64,000 nt of DNA from Candidatus Saccharimonadota bacterium (GTDB lineage Bacteria > Patescibacteriota > Saccharimonadia > Saccharimonadales > OFTM59): the NCBI GenBank assembly GCA_029260855.1, contig JAJDCK010000011.1:11978-75977 (forward strand), read 5' to 3'. The translations under genes and the position numbers were made by a program. This document shows positions 55,868 to 64,000 of this stretch, piece by piece. Within the stretch, counting starts at the first letter, position 1. Every line of letters starts with the position of its first letter. The notes under the pieces were generated by a model. It worked only from the letters and a program-made list of their open reading frames with translations, ran no database searches and was not told the DNA's origin.

Positions 55868-57229
55868 TTAGCTTTTTGTTTTTTTGCCGCCAGACTCTTC
55901 TTCGTATAGGCTTTGACTGCCGAATGACTCGGGGTGCTGGTTGGCAAGCTCAAACATATCTGGTGTGTTTTTTGCCTCAAGGTTTTTATCGCCATGTGCT
56001 ATACGCTCTGCCTGCTCTTTACGAATTTCGCCCCATGTCTGTCTAATCGCCAGGCCAGATATCGGCTGAGCGGCATGATGCGATTTACCGGGAGCTTCGA
56101 CTACAGGTGGCAGTGGAGCTGTTTGCGTTTTAGCCGTCAAAGTCGGAGGTGGCGGCAAAACCACGGGCTGCACTGGTGCTTGAGGCGCTGTTGGCGGTGA
56201 CGCAAGATGGGCTACAGGATCAAGGTCAGAATCAGCTCTGACTGGTGACTTATTAGAGATAGGCCGACTTTTAGTTTTGCGCTTTCGGTAATACAAGAAG
56301 AATATTCCGTCCGCTATAAGAATCATCGTGCCTACAATTGCAGCAGGTGGGATGGAAGCGCTCTCGTTTTGTGTCTGCTCTTCAGAAGATATACCGCTTA
56401 AAAAGTCCCCTAATGTAGGTTGTCCCTCACTTGCGCTGCTATCTTCGCTATTTGAGTCGTCCTGTGATGAGCTTGGATTTTCGACAGATGAAGGTGAGCC
56501 TGGGGCAGTCGGAGCAGGCTGCCCTGGAGACGCCGGCGAACCAGGGCTAGAGGTAGTACCTGATCCCGGAGAGGATGGAGCAGGAGGAGAGGCAGGAGAC
56601 GAGGGAGACGATGGCGACGACGGAGAAGAGGGCGCAGGCGGCGATGGTGCTGGAGATGGTGAAGGCGGCGATGGTGGTGGTGCAGCCGGACCAGTAATCG
56701 TTATAGAGGCCGAGAGACTTGATACCGGGTAATACTCAGGTCTGCTTCTGCCCTCATATGCAGCCGCACTTCCCGTGAGGGTGGTAGCATGAGTGCCAGA
56801 GACAGATTTGGTCACAAACCCTATATTCGCAAGATTAAAGTAGCCATCCGTGCCACCATTGTCAGTGCTTTCATATTCAAAAATAACAGAATTTGCTGTC
56901 ACCTGTTGCTGGATAATACGAAAGTCGCCACCTCCGTTACTAAGCGAATTAAAGCTAAGCCTCCCGGAATCAAAATTGACCTGTACCGATCCGCCGTTAA
57001 CGTCTTTCGTTCCACTGTTCAGCTGAACGCTTACGGTTTTAATCTGATTAGGTCCCGCACTCTGAGTACTAGGCGAAAGCGAAATACCGATATAGGGCGC
57101 GGCGAGCAGCTGTACCAAACCGACGGACGTCATTAGGGCACCAAAACACAGCGCGAACACCAAGCCACGTCGCATATGCATATGCCGCCTATGATGAGAA
57201 ATCTTTTTTTGCTTGTGGATTTTACGCAT
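55868..57229 (-). CDS. Type-I membrane protein: signal/TM, cohesin-like beta-sandwich, Pro/Ser stalk, TM, cytoplasmic tail
   Basis: VSVQLNSGTKDVNGGSVQVNFDSGRLSF...NLANIGFVTKS has a cohesin-like pattern (tentative). It also has a PPPSPPSPSPAPSPPAPSSPSSPSSPSSP stalk and the TM segment IVGTMILIADGIFFLYY-RKRK. Confidence 0.6.
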   Translation of the reverse strand: MRKIHKQKKISHHRRHMHMRRGLVFALCFGALMTSVGLVQLLAAPYIGISLSPSTQSAGPNQIKTVSVQLNSGTKDVNGGSVQVNFDSGRLSFNSLSNGGGDFRIIQQQVTANSVIFEYESTDNGGTDGYFNLANIGFVTKSVSGTHATTLTGSAAAYEGRSRPEYYPVSSLSASITITGPAAPPPSPPSPSPAPSPPAPSSPSSPSSPSSPASPPAPSSPGSGTTSSPGSPASPGQPAPTAPGSPSSVENPSSSQDDSNSEDSSASEGQPTLGDFLSGISSEEQTQNESASIPPAAIVGTMILIADGIFFLYYRKRKTKSRPISNKSPVRADSDLDPVAHLASPPTAPQAPVQPVVLPPPPTLTAKTQTAPLPPVVEAPGKSHHAAQPISGLAIRQTWGEIRKEQAERIAHGDKNLEAKNTPDMFELANQHPESFGSQSLYEEESGGKKTKS

Positions 57230-57279
57230 TATTCAACTTCAGCATAACCGATTATAGCTCACCACACCACACATAGTAG

Positions 57280-58386
57280 TTAAGAACGACTGAAGAAAGG
57301 TTTTTTATCATCCGACTCTTTAGCGAGCTCTTCCCAAAGTTCTTTTTGCCGTTTTGTAAGCTTTGTTGGTGTTTGTACATGGATCGTAACTATATGGGCG
57401 CCGCGTGTACCGCTTTTAAGATGAGGCACGCCATGTTCAGAAAGCTTGAAATCAGTTCCGCTCTGAGTACCTGCAGGTATTTTCATGCGCACAGGTCCGT
57501 CAACAGTCTCTACGTCTATTTCGGTTCCCAGAGCCGCGGCAACCATGCCAATTGTTTCTTCGCTTAGAATGATATCGCCTTCGCGGGTAAATCGCTTATG
57601 TGGCTTTACTCGGATATTTACATATAAATCACCCTTTGGACCGTTAGCGACCGCTTCGCCGTGTTCTCTTAGACGAATCGTTGCGCCATCATCGACTCCA
57701 GCTGGAATTTTTAAGCCGATAGCTTGAGAACTGCGTTGCGTGCCCTTCCCGCTACAAACTGTGCAAACTTTTTCGGGGATTTTGCCTTTGCCACGACACC
57801 TAGGGCAGATACTTGCCTGCTGTATGTTGCCAAAGATCGTGCGTGTTACGCTAACTACCTGGCCCGAGCCTTTGCATTCGTCACAAGTTTTAAGCTCATG
57901 CCCAGGTTCAACCGTTGTTCCCTTGCAGTGTGTACAAGTATCTTCTAGGTTTAAGTTAAGGTCAGTTTCTGTGCCAAACACCGCTTGCTCAAACGTTATT
58001 TCTACCATCGTTTCTACGTCGCGTCCGCGGGCTTGGCGTTTACCTCTGGGGTTGCCACCGCCAAAGAAGCTGCCAAAAATATCACCAAGGCCTAGGTCTC
58101 CAAAATCAAAGTGTACTTCCTGCCCGTTGCCAAAGCCGGCAAACGGGTTGCCACCGCCAGCTCCATTACCACCCACTCCAGCATGACCAAATTGATCATA
58201 GCGCTGGCGCTTGGATGGGTCCTTTAGAACCTCATAGGCTTCGTTGAGCTCTTTGAACTTGGTTTCATCCCCACCCTCTTTGTCGGGATGATGCTGCACA
58301 GCTTGCCTACGGAATGCTTTTTTAATCTCATCCGCACTGGCATTCTTGCCAACCCCTAAAACTTCGTAATAGTCACGCTTAGTCAT
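57280..58386 (-). CDS. dnaJ: Chaperone DnaJ
   Basis: J domain with HPD (VQHHPDK), a G/F region, and four CxxCxGxG zinc motifs. Confidence 0.96.
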   Translation of the reverse strand: MTKRDYYEVLGVGKNASADEIKKAFRRQAVQHHPDKEGGDETKFKELNEAYEVLKDPSKRQRYDQFGHAGVGGNGAGGGNPFAGFGNGQEVHFDFGDLGLGDIFGSFFGGGNPRGKRQARGRDVETMVEITFEQAVFGTETDLNLNLEDTCTHCKGTTVEPGHELKTCDECKGSGQVVSVTRTIFGNIQQASICPRCRGKGKIPEKVCTVCSGKGTQRSSQAIGLKIPAGVDDGATIRLREHGEAVANGPKGDLYVNIRVKPHKRFTREGDIILSEETIGMVAAALGTEIDVETVDGPVRMKIPAGTQSGTDFKLSEHGVPHLKSGTRGAHIVTIHVQTPTKLTKRQKELWEELAKESDDKKPFFSRS

Positions 58387-58388
58387 AA

Positions 58389-58691
58389 TTATTTCTTCAC
58401 TCTATAGAGTAACCGATTCAGAGCTACAAGGATAACACTGAGGGCAAAAAGCACGAATATTATAGAAATTACACGAGACGCTGCCAGCGGCCAGCCCCCT
58501 GCACAACCAAAATCTACAAGGCCAGGCCCACTACACGGATACTGGTCAGATTTCCGATTACCAAATAGCCAGATAAAAAGCGGGGGGAGTAGCCATGCAC
58601 CGAAAACTACTAAAACTATTACGTCTGGCCACGGGCTTGTGTTAGACGCTGGCCTCAATAGTGGCCTAAATCTCGTGGCCTCTTTAGACAT
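58389..58691 (-). CDS. Small membrane protein inserted between dnaK and dnaJ
   Basis: Two or three TM segments, tightly packed (a 2-4 nt gap on each side). Confidence 0.5.
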   Translation of the reverse strand: MSKEATRFRPLLRPASNTSPWPDVIVLVVFGAWLLPPLFIWLFGNRKSDQYPCSGPGLVDFGCAGGWPLAASRVISIIFVLFALSVILVALNRLLYRVKK

Positions 58692-58695
58692 AAGT

Positions 58696-60606
58696 TTATT
58701 TTTCCTCTTTGTCGTCGACTACTTCGCCTTCTACGGGTTCGTCTTTTTTGCCTTCGCTATCTTCAGACTTCGGGCTTTCATCTTCTGCGGGCTTGGCCTG
58801 TTCGTACATTTTGGCACCGATTGGCATCATCTTGTCGCTTAGTTCTTTTGCAGCAGCTTCAAGTGTTTCCTTGTCGGCTTTGTCATCTTTTAGGGCCTTT
58901 TTGGCAGCTTCTACTGCATCATCTAAGATTTTAACGTCTTCTTTGGCTAACTTGTCTTTGTGCTCAGACTTCAGTTTTTCAGCTTGGTAAATCGTGCTGT
59001 CTAGAACGTTTCGGGCATCGATGCTTTCGCGCTTTTTCTTGTCTTCTTCAGCGTGGGCTTCGGCTTCTTTGGCCATTTTCTCAACTTCTTCTTTGGATAA
59101 GCCGCTGCTGTTTTGGATTGTGATGCTCTGCTCTTTGCCAGAACCCTTGTCTTTGGCAGATACGTTCAAAATACCGTTGGCGTCAAGGTTAAACGTAACC
59201 TCAATCTGCGGCACGCCGCGCGGTGCCGATGGGATTCCGTCCAGCACAAACCGGCCAAGTGATTTGTTGTCGGCAACCATTTCGCGTTCACCCTGGACCA
59301 CATGGATTTCTACCTGCGGTTGGTTGTCAGCAGCGGTTGAAAATGTTTCGCTTTTGCTGGTCGGGATAGTGGAGTTTCGCTCGATCAGTTTAGTAGCTAC
59401 GCCACCTAGAGTTTCAATTCCAAGTGACAACGGGGTTACATCAAGTAACAAAACATCCTTAACGTCACCCTGCAGCACGCCACCCTGGATGGCGGCACCA
59501 ATAGCTACGACCTCGTCGGGGTTAACACCCTTCATAGGCTCTTTACCAAAGATTTTCTTAACCTTTTCTTGTACGGCTGGCATACGTGTCATACCACCAA
59601 CCAGCACGACGGCATCAATATCGCTTGCTTTTATGCCTGCATCTTTTAACGCTTTCTCGCATGGCGCGGCAGTTTTATCAATCAGATCACCTACCAGGCT
59701 TTCCAACTTTGCACGGGTCAGCTTAGTCTCAAAATGCTTTGGACCATCTGCATCGGCCGTTAAAAACGGCAGATTAATATCTACTTCGTTAGTAGTTGAA
59801 AGCTCAATCTTGGCCTTCTCCGCTTCGTCACGCAGACGTTGCATGGCAGCCTTGTCTTCAGTAATGCTAATGCCGTGTTCTTTTTTGAACTCGTCTGCAA
59901 AGTAATTTACTAATATTCGGTCAAAGTCGGCACCACCAAGGTGTGTGTCGCCGTTAGTAGACTTAACTTCAAATACGCCGTCGCCCAGTTCAAGAATAGA
60001 TACGTCAAATGTACCTCCACCAAGGTCATACACAGCAATCTTCTCGTCTTTCTTGGATTCTTTGTCCAGTCCGTACGCCAAGGCAGCTGCAGTTGGTTCG
60101 TTGATAATACGCTTTACCTCAAGCCCGGCAATCTTACCGGCGTCTTTGGTTGCTTGGCGCTGGCTATCGTCAAAGTAAGCAGGCACAGTAATAACAGCTT
60201 CTGTTACTGGCTCGCCCAGGAAACTTTCGGCGTCAGACTTCAGTTTACCCAGTATCATAGCGCTGATTTCTTCCGGGCTGTATTCTTTGTCGCCCATCTT
60301 GACCTTTACGCCGTTGCCGCTCTTGACCATTTCGTAACCCATCAGTTTGATATCGCGCTGGACTTCTTTGTCTTCCCAACGGCGGCCGATAAGGCGCTTG
60401 ACTTCATAAATCGTGTTTTTAGAGTTAGTAACCTGCTGGCGCCGGGCTACCTGGCCAACTAAGCGCTCGCCGTTCTTATTAACGGCCACTACGCTAGGGG
60501 TAGTGCGTGCACCCTCAGAATTAGCAATAATCTCAGGCTTACCAGCCTGCATAACGGCCATCGCCGAATTAGTAGTACCTAAATCTATTCCAATAATCTT
60601 CCCCAT
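58696..60606 (-). CDS. dnaK: Chaperone DnaK (Hsp70)
   Basis: [27 protein letters not shown]. Confidence 0.98.
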   Translation of the reverse strand: MGKIIGIDLGTTNSAMAVMQAGKPEIIANSEGARTTPSVVAVNKNGERLVGQVARRQQVTNSKNTIYEVKRLIGRRWEDKEVQRDIKLMGYEMVKSGNGVKVKMGDKEYSPEEISAMILGKLKSDAESFLGEPVTEAVITVPAYFDDSQRQATKDAGKIAGLEVKRIINEPTAAALAYGLDKESKKDEKIAVYDLGGGTFDVSILELGDGVFEVKSTNGDTHLGGADFDRILVNYFADEFKKEHGISITEDKAAMQRLRDEAEKAKIELSTTNEVDINLPFLTADADGPKHFETKLTRAKLESLVGDLIDKTAAPCEKALKDAGIKASDIDAVVLVGGMTRMPAVQEKVKKIFGKEPMKGVNPDEVVAIGAAIQGGVLQGDVKDVLLLDVTPLSLGIETLGGVATKLIERNSTIPTSKSETFSTAADNQPQVEIHVVQGEREMVADNKSLGRFVLDGIPSAPRGVPQIEVTFNLDANGILNVSAKDKGSGKEQSITIQNSSGLSKEEVEKMAKEAEAHAEEDKKKRESIDARNVLDSTIYQAEKLKSEHKDKLAKEDVKILDDAVEAAKKALKDDKADKETLEAAAKELSDKMMPIGAKMYEQAKPAEDESPKSEDSEGKKDEPVEGEVVDDKEEK

Positions 60607-60608
60607 AA

Positions 60609-60794
60609 TTAATCCTCCTCTCTAAGTTGTGTTCTGAAAGCACTCATCATATAGCGAAAACCTGCATTAATATCATGCAGCCCATCTATCACTCCTTGAG
60701 TGCCTTCGTCAAGTTTCTCATTAGGGTTCGGTAGTGGTGGCACTTTGAAATAAGGCTCGCCAGTTTCAGGATCGTAATTAAGTATTTCTGTCAT
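60609..60794 (-). CDS. Small hypothetical protein upstream of dnaK
   Basis: 61 codons, 2 nt from the dnaK start, with a 4-nt overlap with the upstream gene. Confidence 0.45.
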   Translation of the reverse strand: MTEILNYDPETGEPYFKVPPLPNPNEKLDEGTQGVIDGLHDINAGFRYMMSAFRTQLREED

Positions 60795-61108
60795 TGCTTC
60801 TCCTTATTAAAAGTCAATTTATTAACAGCCATGCTTTTCTTCCATGCTTCATACGTATAACGTTCACACACGAATCGATCAATTGGTCTCCATATTCCGA
60901 TAAAAAGAACTATGAGTGTCATGAATCCCACAAAAAACCCTAGTTTTACTTGAAGATATACTCCTGCCAAGATTGCGGGCAAAAATAACATAGCGCCAAT
61001 GCACGCAACAATAATTTTACCCTTTGGCATAAGGTCATTAAGCCGTGAGTCTCTTTCAAACAATTTGCGTTGTGGTGATTTACCCATACTTTTCTCCATA
61101 ATTAGCAC
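60791..61108 (-). CDS. Small membrane protein, first gene after the CIRCE at 61149
   Basis: Two TM helices (IIVACIGAMLFLPAILAGVYL / FFVGFMTLIVLFIGIW). Confidence 0.5.
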   Translation of the reverse strand: MLIMEKSMGKSPQRKLFERDSRLNDLMPKGKIIVACIGAMLFLPAILAGVYLQVKLGFFVGFMTLIVLFIGIWRPIDRFVCERYTYEAWKKSMAVNKLTFNKEKQ

Positions 61109-61148
61109 CTTCCATTATTGAGTGCCAGTACAATTCTAGCATAAAAAA

Positions 61149-61175
61149 TTAGCACTCACATGTCAAGAGTGCTAA
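61149..61175. promoter_or_regulatory. CIRCE operator (HrcA binding site), perfect
   Basis: TTAGCACTC-ACATGTCAA-GAGTGCTAA matches the consensus TTAGCACTC-N9-GAGTGCTAA exactly. Confidence 0.9.
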
Positions 61176-61465
61176 TTAGAATGTTGCTTTTGTTTTTCTA
61201 AAAGCAGTCGTACTTCCGCTAAATTGAGTAGCTGCATCACTTCAACTTGCCCTATACCGTCCGTTAATGCATCGTTGCCGATATCTAAAAATTCCTGCTG
61301 AAGTTCAGCCGTATCAAGTCTGCCTGACGAACCAGCTAACAGTTCATAAAACCTGCCCGCCACGCTATAAAACGGCTGTTCTTCAGCAGGATACTGTCCA
61401 GATTTCCATACATCAATTTCATGACTGGTCTCCGGATCAACTTGTGGCTCGTGGGATTCTTGCAT
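61172..61465 (-). CDS. Hypothetical acidic protein
   Basis: Intact 97-codon ORF whose stop overlaps the CIRCE. Confidence 0.45.
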   Translation of the reverse strand: MQESHEPQVDPETSHEIDVWKSGQYPAEEQPFYSVAGRFYELLAGSSGRLDTAELQQEFLDIGNDALTDGIGQVEVMQLLNLAEVRLLLEKQKQHSN

Positions 61466-61540
61466 ATTTACTTCTACCTTTATCTTTTATATAGCTTTAC
61501 GCATAGGCGGAAAGTTTTCTATAAAATTTCTATCCCGTTG

Positions 61541-61863
61541 TCAAACTTGTCGCCCTTCTAGGGTTGCGCGCTCATCTGTTTCATTCAATGAATTTACTGC
61601 AAAGTTATACGCATTAGTTATTTCTTCATTAGAAAATCCTATATCCTCGGCTGCCTGGCTTATTGCACTAAGCGCTCGCTAAACTCATCTTCAGTGATTA
61701 AATTATGCTTTAAGTCTTCAACAATAAGTGCATAGCTCCATCTAATCGCAAAAAGGTGGCCATCCCTAATGGACGTAACTACCGATACATTATCTTATAG
61801 CTGCTGTTCCGGCAACCTCTCAACTGTTTCGCGGCCTCTATAAAAATCAATGACATCGCCCAT
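61541..61863 (-). pseudogene. Decayed gene directly downstream of grpE (in-frame TAA, second TAA, frame change)
   Basis: Own translation: MGDVIDFYRGRETVERLPEQQL*DNVSVVTSIRDGHLFAIRWSYALIVEDLKHNLITEDEFSERLVQ*, then shifted AISQAAEDIGFSNEEITNAYNFAVNSLNETDERATLEGRQV*. Confidence 0.4.
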
Positions 61864-61865
61864 AA

Positions 61866-62342
61866 TTACTGCAAGCTTACTTTTACCATGGCATGGCGAA
61901 TAACTTCATCTCCCAGTTTGTAACCGGATTGTAATTCTTCGGCTACTACCTCAGTAGTTCCTTCACCTTCTTCCATGGTAACTGCTTCATGTAGTCGCGG
62001 GTCAAAGATCTCACCTACAGTCTTGATGCGCTCAACACCCATCTGTCCCAAGGTTTTCTCGAACTGTTTAACCACGCCTTGTACCCCTTTGACATAATCA
62101 TTATCTTCCAGGTCTGCTGGCACATGCTTAAGCGCACGTTCAAAATTATCTATGACTGGTAATAATTCGCGGACAATATTGGCTTTGACTAAATTCTTGA
62201 GTGAACTAATCTGTTCATCATGACGACGACGGATATTTTCGGAATCCGCCCGCTCCCGCTTCAGCGCCTCAGTTAAATCTACTATCTGCTTTTCCCAATC
62301 CTCTTTGTGAAAGGATAAACCTTTCACGCTCTTCTTCGTCAT
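61866..62342 (-). CDS. grpE: Nucleotide exchange factor GrpE
   Basis: ENIRRR...LLPVIDNFERAL...GYKLGDEVIRHAMVKV. Confidence 0.93.
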   Translation of the reverse strand: MTKKSVKGLSFHKEDWEKQIVDLTEALKRERADSENIRRRHDEQISSLKNLVKANIVRELLPVIDNFERALKHVPADLEDNDYVKGVQGVVKQFEKTLGQMGVERIKTVGEIFDPRLHEAVTMEEGEGTTEVVAEELQSGYKLGDEVIRHAMVKVSLQ

Positions 62343-62394
62343 GAACTTACCTCTATAAAATTATAGTTATGTGAAAGGATAAACCTTTCACGCT
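62306..62394 (-). repeat. Exact 25-nt direct duplication, each copy a hairpin (GTGAAAGG-TTTAT-CCTTTCAC on the mRNA strand), bracketing the grpE RBS/start
   Basis: tgtgaaaggataaacctttcacgct occurs at 62306-62330 (grpE codons ~5-12) and at 62370-62394 (immediately after the hrcA stop). Confidence 0.85.
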
Positions 62395-63098
62395 TATTCA
62401 TAAAATGCCTCTTCTAGCGCCTGGCCAGTACGTTGAACCAAATGCATAACATCGCGGTATTGCTGACGGGTTGGCCCAAGTACGCCTACGTAACTATTGT
62501 CCGAATACTGGCTGCGGAAACGGCTGATAATCAGCGTTGCGCCAGCGCTACGACCAATCGGGTTCTCGTGGCCTATATAAACACTGAGCGGCTTGTTAGG
62601 TACGACCTCCTGGAGCCAGGGCTCAAGATTATCCAGCAACCTAGCGACTTGCTGGGCCTGGCCAGCTTGCACAAATTCTGGTTGACCAAATAAGTTTGAT
62701 AACCCGCTCATATAAAGCTGATTACCGATGGTAGCTAGGCCTAGATTGTGTGTTAGATCTACGAGTGTATCTACCGCATTGCGGATAGTGCGCTCTGGTA
62801 ATCCGCCGCTATTAACGCGAGCGGCAAGTGCCCGCTCGGCCCGGCGCTCGCTCTGGGTCTCGTCACCTGCCTGTAAATGATTGACGTAGTGCCTGTAACC
62901 TTTATCTGTTGGTACACGGCCTGCGCTCGTATGAGGCTGCATAATAAAGCCCAGTCTTTCAAGTTCTGCCATCTCAGCCCTGATGGTTGCCGAAGAGACA
63001 CTGAACACCTTGGCCAACAACGAAGAGCCTACAGGGCTTGCGACCTCTGCATATTGCTCCACAATAGCTGCAAGTATCTTCAGTTGCCTAGGACTCAT
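62394..63098 (-). CDS. hrcA: Heat-inducible repressor HrcA (short, 234 aa)
   Basis: N-terminal wHTH LKILAAIVEQYAEVASPVGSSLLAK...IRAEMAELERLGFI. It is preceded by a CIRCE. Confidence 0.85.
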   Translation of the reverse strand: MSPRQLKILAAIVEQYAEVASPVGSSLLAKVFSVSSATIRAEMAELERLGFIMQPHTSAGRVPTDKGYRHYVNHLQAGDETQSERRAERALAARVNSGGLPERTIRNAVDTLVDLTHNLGLATIGNQLYMSGLSNLFGQPEFVQAGQAQQVARLLDNLEPWLQEVVPNKPLSVYIGHENPIGRSAGATLIISRFRSQYSDNSYVGVLGPTRQQYRDVMHLVQRTGQALEEAFYE

Positions 63099-63119
63099 AA
63101 CAGATGTTATTTTAACTAT

Positions 63120-63146
63120 TTAGCACTCGCTCGTCAAGAGTGCTAG
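63120..63146. promoter_or_regulatory. CIRCE operator upstream of hrcA (one mismatch at the last base)
   Basis: TTAGCACTC-GCTCGTCAA-GAGTGCTAg. Confidence 0.85.
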
Positions 63147-63868
63147 TTGAGGGATAAATGTTTGTCCAAGTCTGTTACTAGATGCCGAGCCACCTTACGG
63201 GCAGTAGTGTTTTTCTCTATTGAGTAGTTTCCGTGAGCAATCTTGTCAATAACGTTTATCGTTGTATCAAGGTCCTCGTTAATGACGTATTCAAAGTACG
63301 GTTTAGTGAGCGCTTCCCGCAACTCTAGTCTTGCAGTTTCCAGTCGCTTTCTTAATTCCTCAGGATTAATCCCGATATTGCCATATCGTTTTTTTAAACG
63401 CTGCTGCCAAGCAGTAAAGTCGGGGGGAAGCAAAAAGATCGGCACAACATTTTCTGAGATATTCCTGTACTCAACAACACCTTGTACCTCTATGTCGGTA
63501 ATTGCAATTTTGCCCTCATCGTGAGCGGTTTGTATCTCGGCAACACTTGTACCGTAGACATTATCACTAAATATTTTGGCTTCCACGTAGTCGCCGTTGT
63601 CGAGCATCCGTTCTGCAGTCAGCATGCTAACAAAATGATAATCGATACCGTCACGCTCAAGGACACCGTGGTTTCTCCGTGGTTTGCGAGTAGTATGCGA
63701 AACAATGTGATGATAGCCAGGTTTTTGTAGCAGCTTGTGGAGCACGGTATCTTTACCTGCGGCAGTAATACCAACAAGAAATGTGATGTGGGTGTTCTGA
63801 ATCAGGCTCACTACACTCTTAGGGGTTTTGTAGTCGTGAAGTTTTTTTATAAGTTCTGGGTCCATCAA
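63143..63868 (-). CDS. Guanylate-kinase-like P-loop kinase
   Basis: GITAAGKDT P-loop variant, SHTTRKPRRNHGVLERDGIDYHFVS, and DIEVQG. The terminal extensions and atypical Walker A keep this at family level only. Confidence 0.6.
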   Translation of the reverse strand: MMDPELIKKLHDYKTPKSVVSLIQNTHITFLVGITAAGKDTVLHKLLQKPGYHHIVSHTTRKPRRNHGVLERDGIDYHFVSMLTAERMLDNGDYVEAKIFSDNVYGTSVAEIQTAHDEGKIAITDIEVQGVVEYRNISENVVPIFLLPPDFTAWQQRLKKRYGNIGINPEELRKRLETARLELREALTKPYFEYVINEDLDTTINVIDKIAHGNYSIEKNTTARKVARHLVTDLDKHLSLN

Positions 63869-64000
63869 TAAATTATACTGTATATAAAGCTTACTGTTCA
63901 GGGAAGCAACTATTTAACTTTTTGGTAAACCGTTTATCTGTCTTATTGTTAATAATTCATGCTAGTGATTCTTATACTAGCTTCAAGGGTGACAGACTGG

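Noticed and set aside
55720-55995. A 91-aa ORF overlapping the 3' end of the 453-aa membrane protein gene.
   Set aside because: The first ~50 codons overlap the upstream gene in another frame. At most the distal 39-codon TM peptide (from about 55839) could be real, and that is unproven.
58709-60625. Plus-strand ORFs of 93-303 aa (58709-58990, 58994-59905, 59941-60462, 60413-60625) opposite dnaK.
   Set aside because: They are Ser/Ala/Leu-rich antisense translations of a highly conserved gene, and dnaK is unambiguous.
1-64000. Alternative genetic code (UGA recoded, as in some candidate-phyla bacteria).
   Set aside because: TGA clearly terminates pilM, pilN and pilO in ATGA stop/start overlaps, and conserved genes are full length under code 11.
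1-64000. CRISPR arrays, rRNA genes and diversity-generating retroelements (reverse transcriptase plus template/variable repeat).
   Set aside because: No regularly spaced direct repeats, no rRNA-like sequence and no reverse transcriptase ORF were seen. The only repeats found are the ones reported.

Overview
This is a gene-dense 64-kb bacterial chromosome segment with about 80 protein-coding genes, 7 tRNAs, no rRNA and no CRISPR array. It uses the standard genetic code, because TGA terminates pilM, pilN and pilO in ATGA stop/start overlaps. Content from left to right: (1) The right-hand part of an integrated island (1-5925). It carries a SIR2-like gene (truncated by the window edge), a Ser/Thr kinase fused to an unassigned domain, a PD-(D/E)XK nuclease, an Excalibur-domain membrane protein and a large serine recombinase whose ORF runs antisense into tRNA-Lys(CTT). 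(2) Folate/one-carbon and cell-wall housekeeping genes: MTHFS, folA, folC, a NUDIX hydrolase, a divergent purD, murB, glyA, an HTH-murA fusion, and tRNA-Arg/Gly/Arg/His/Pro. (3) A same-strand run of nine genes (18161-26536) for membrane-anchored or secreted Gly/Ser/Pro-rich proteins. It includes two ricin-type lectins, a 750-aa Rpf-like + M23 + PG-binding + lectin hydrolase, and a frame-split trypsin-like protease. (4) ymdB-rny, a sortase-like protein with Glu in place of the catalytic Cys, tsaB/tsaE, and recA-DUF457-recX. (5) A type IV pilus locus (pilB, pilC, pilin, pilM/N/O, minor pilins, and a beta-helix pilin-like protein). (6) ruvB-ruvA and ruvC, separated by an IS200-like Y1-transposase element that itself carries a nested, decayed IS1595-family IS. 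(7) yebC, comEC, tRNA-Lys(TTT), a PEP-utilising (rifampicin-phosphotransferase-like) enzyme, and a rimK / retropepsin-ATP-grasp / DUF192 cluster. (8) hrcA-grpE-(decayed gene, small genes)-dnaK-dnaJ with two CIRCE operators. The gene repertoire and style suggest a reduced-genome episymbiont of the Saccharibacteria/Patescibacteria type. This assignment is inference only, since no database search was possible. The most interesting candidates are the SIR2-like/kinase/nuclease island cargo and the lectin/peptidoglycan-hydrolase secretome island.
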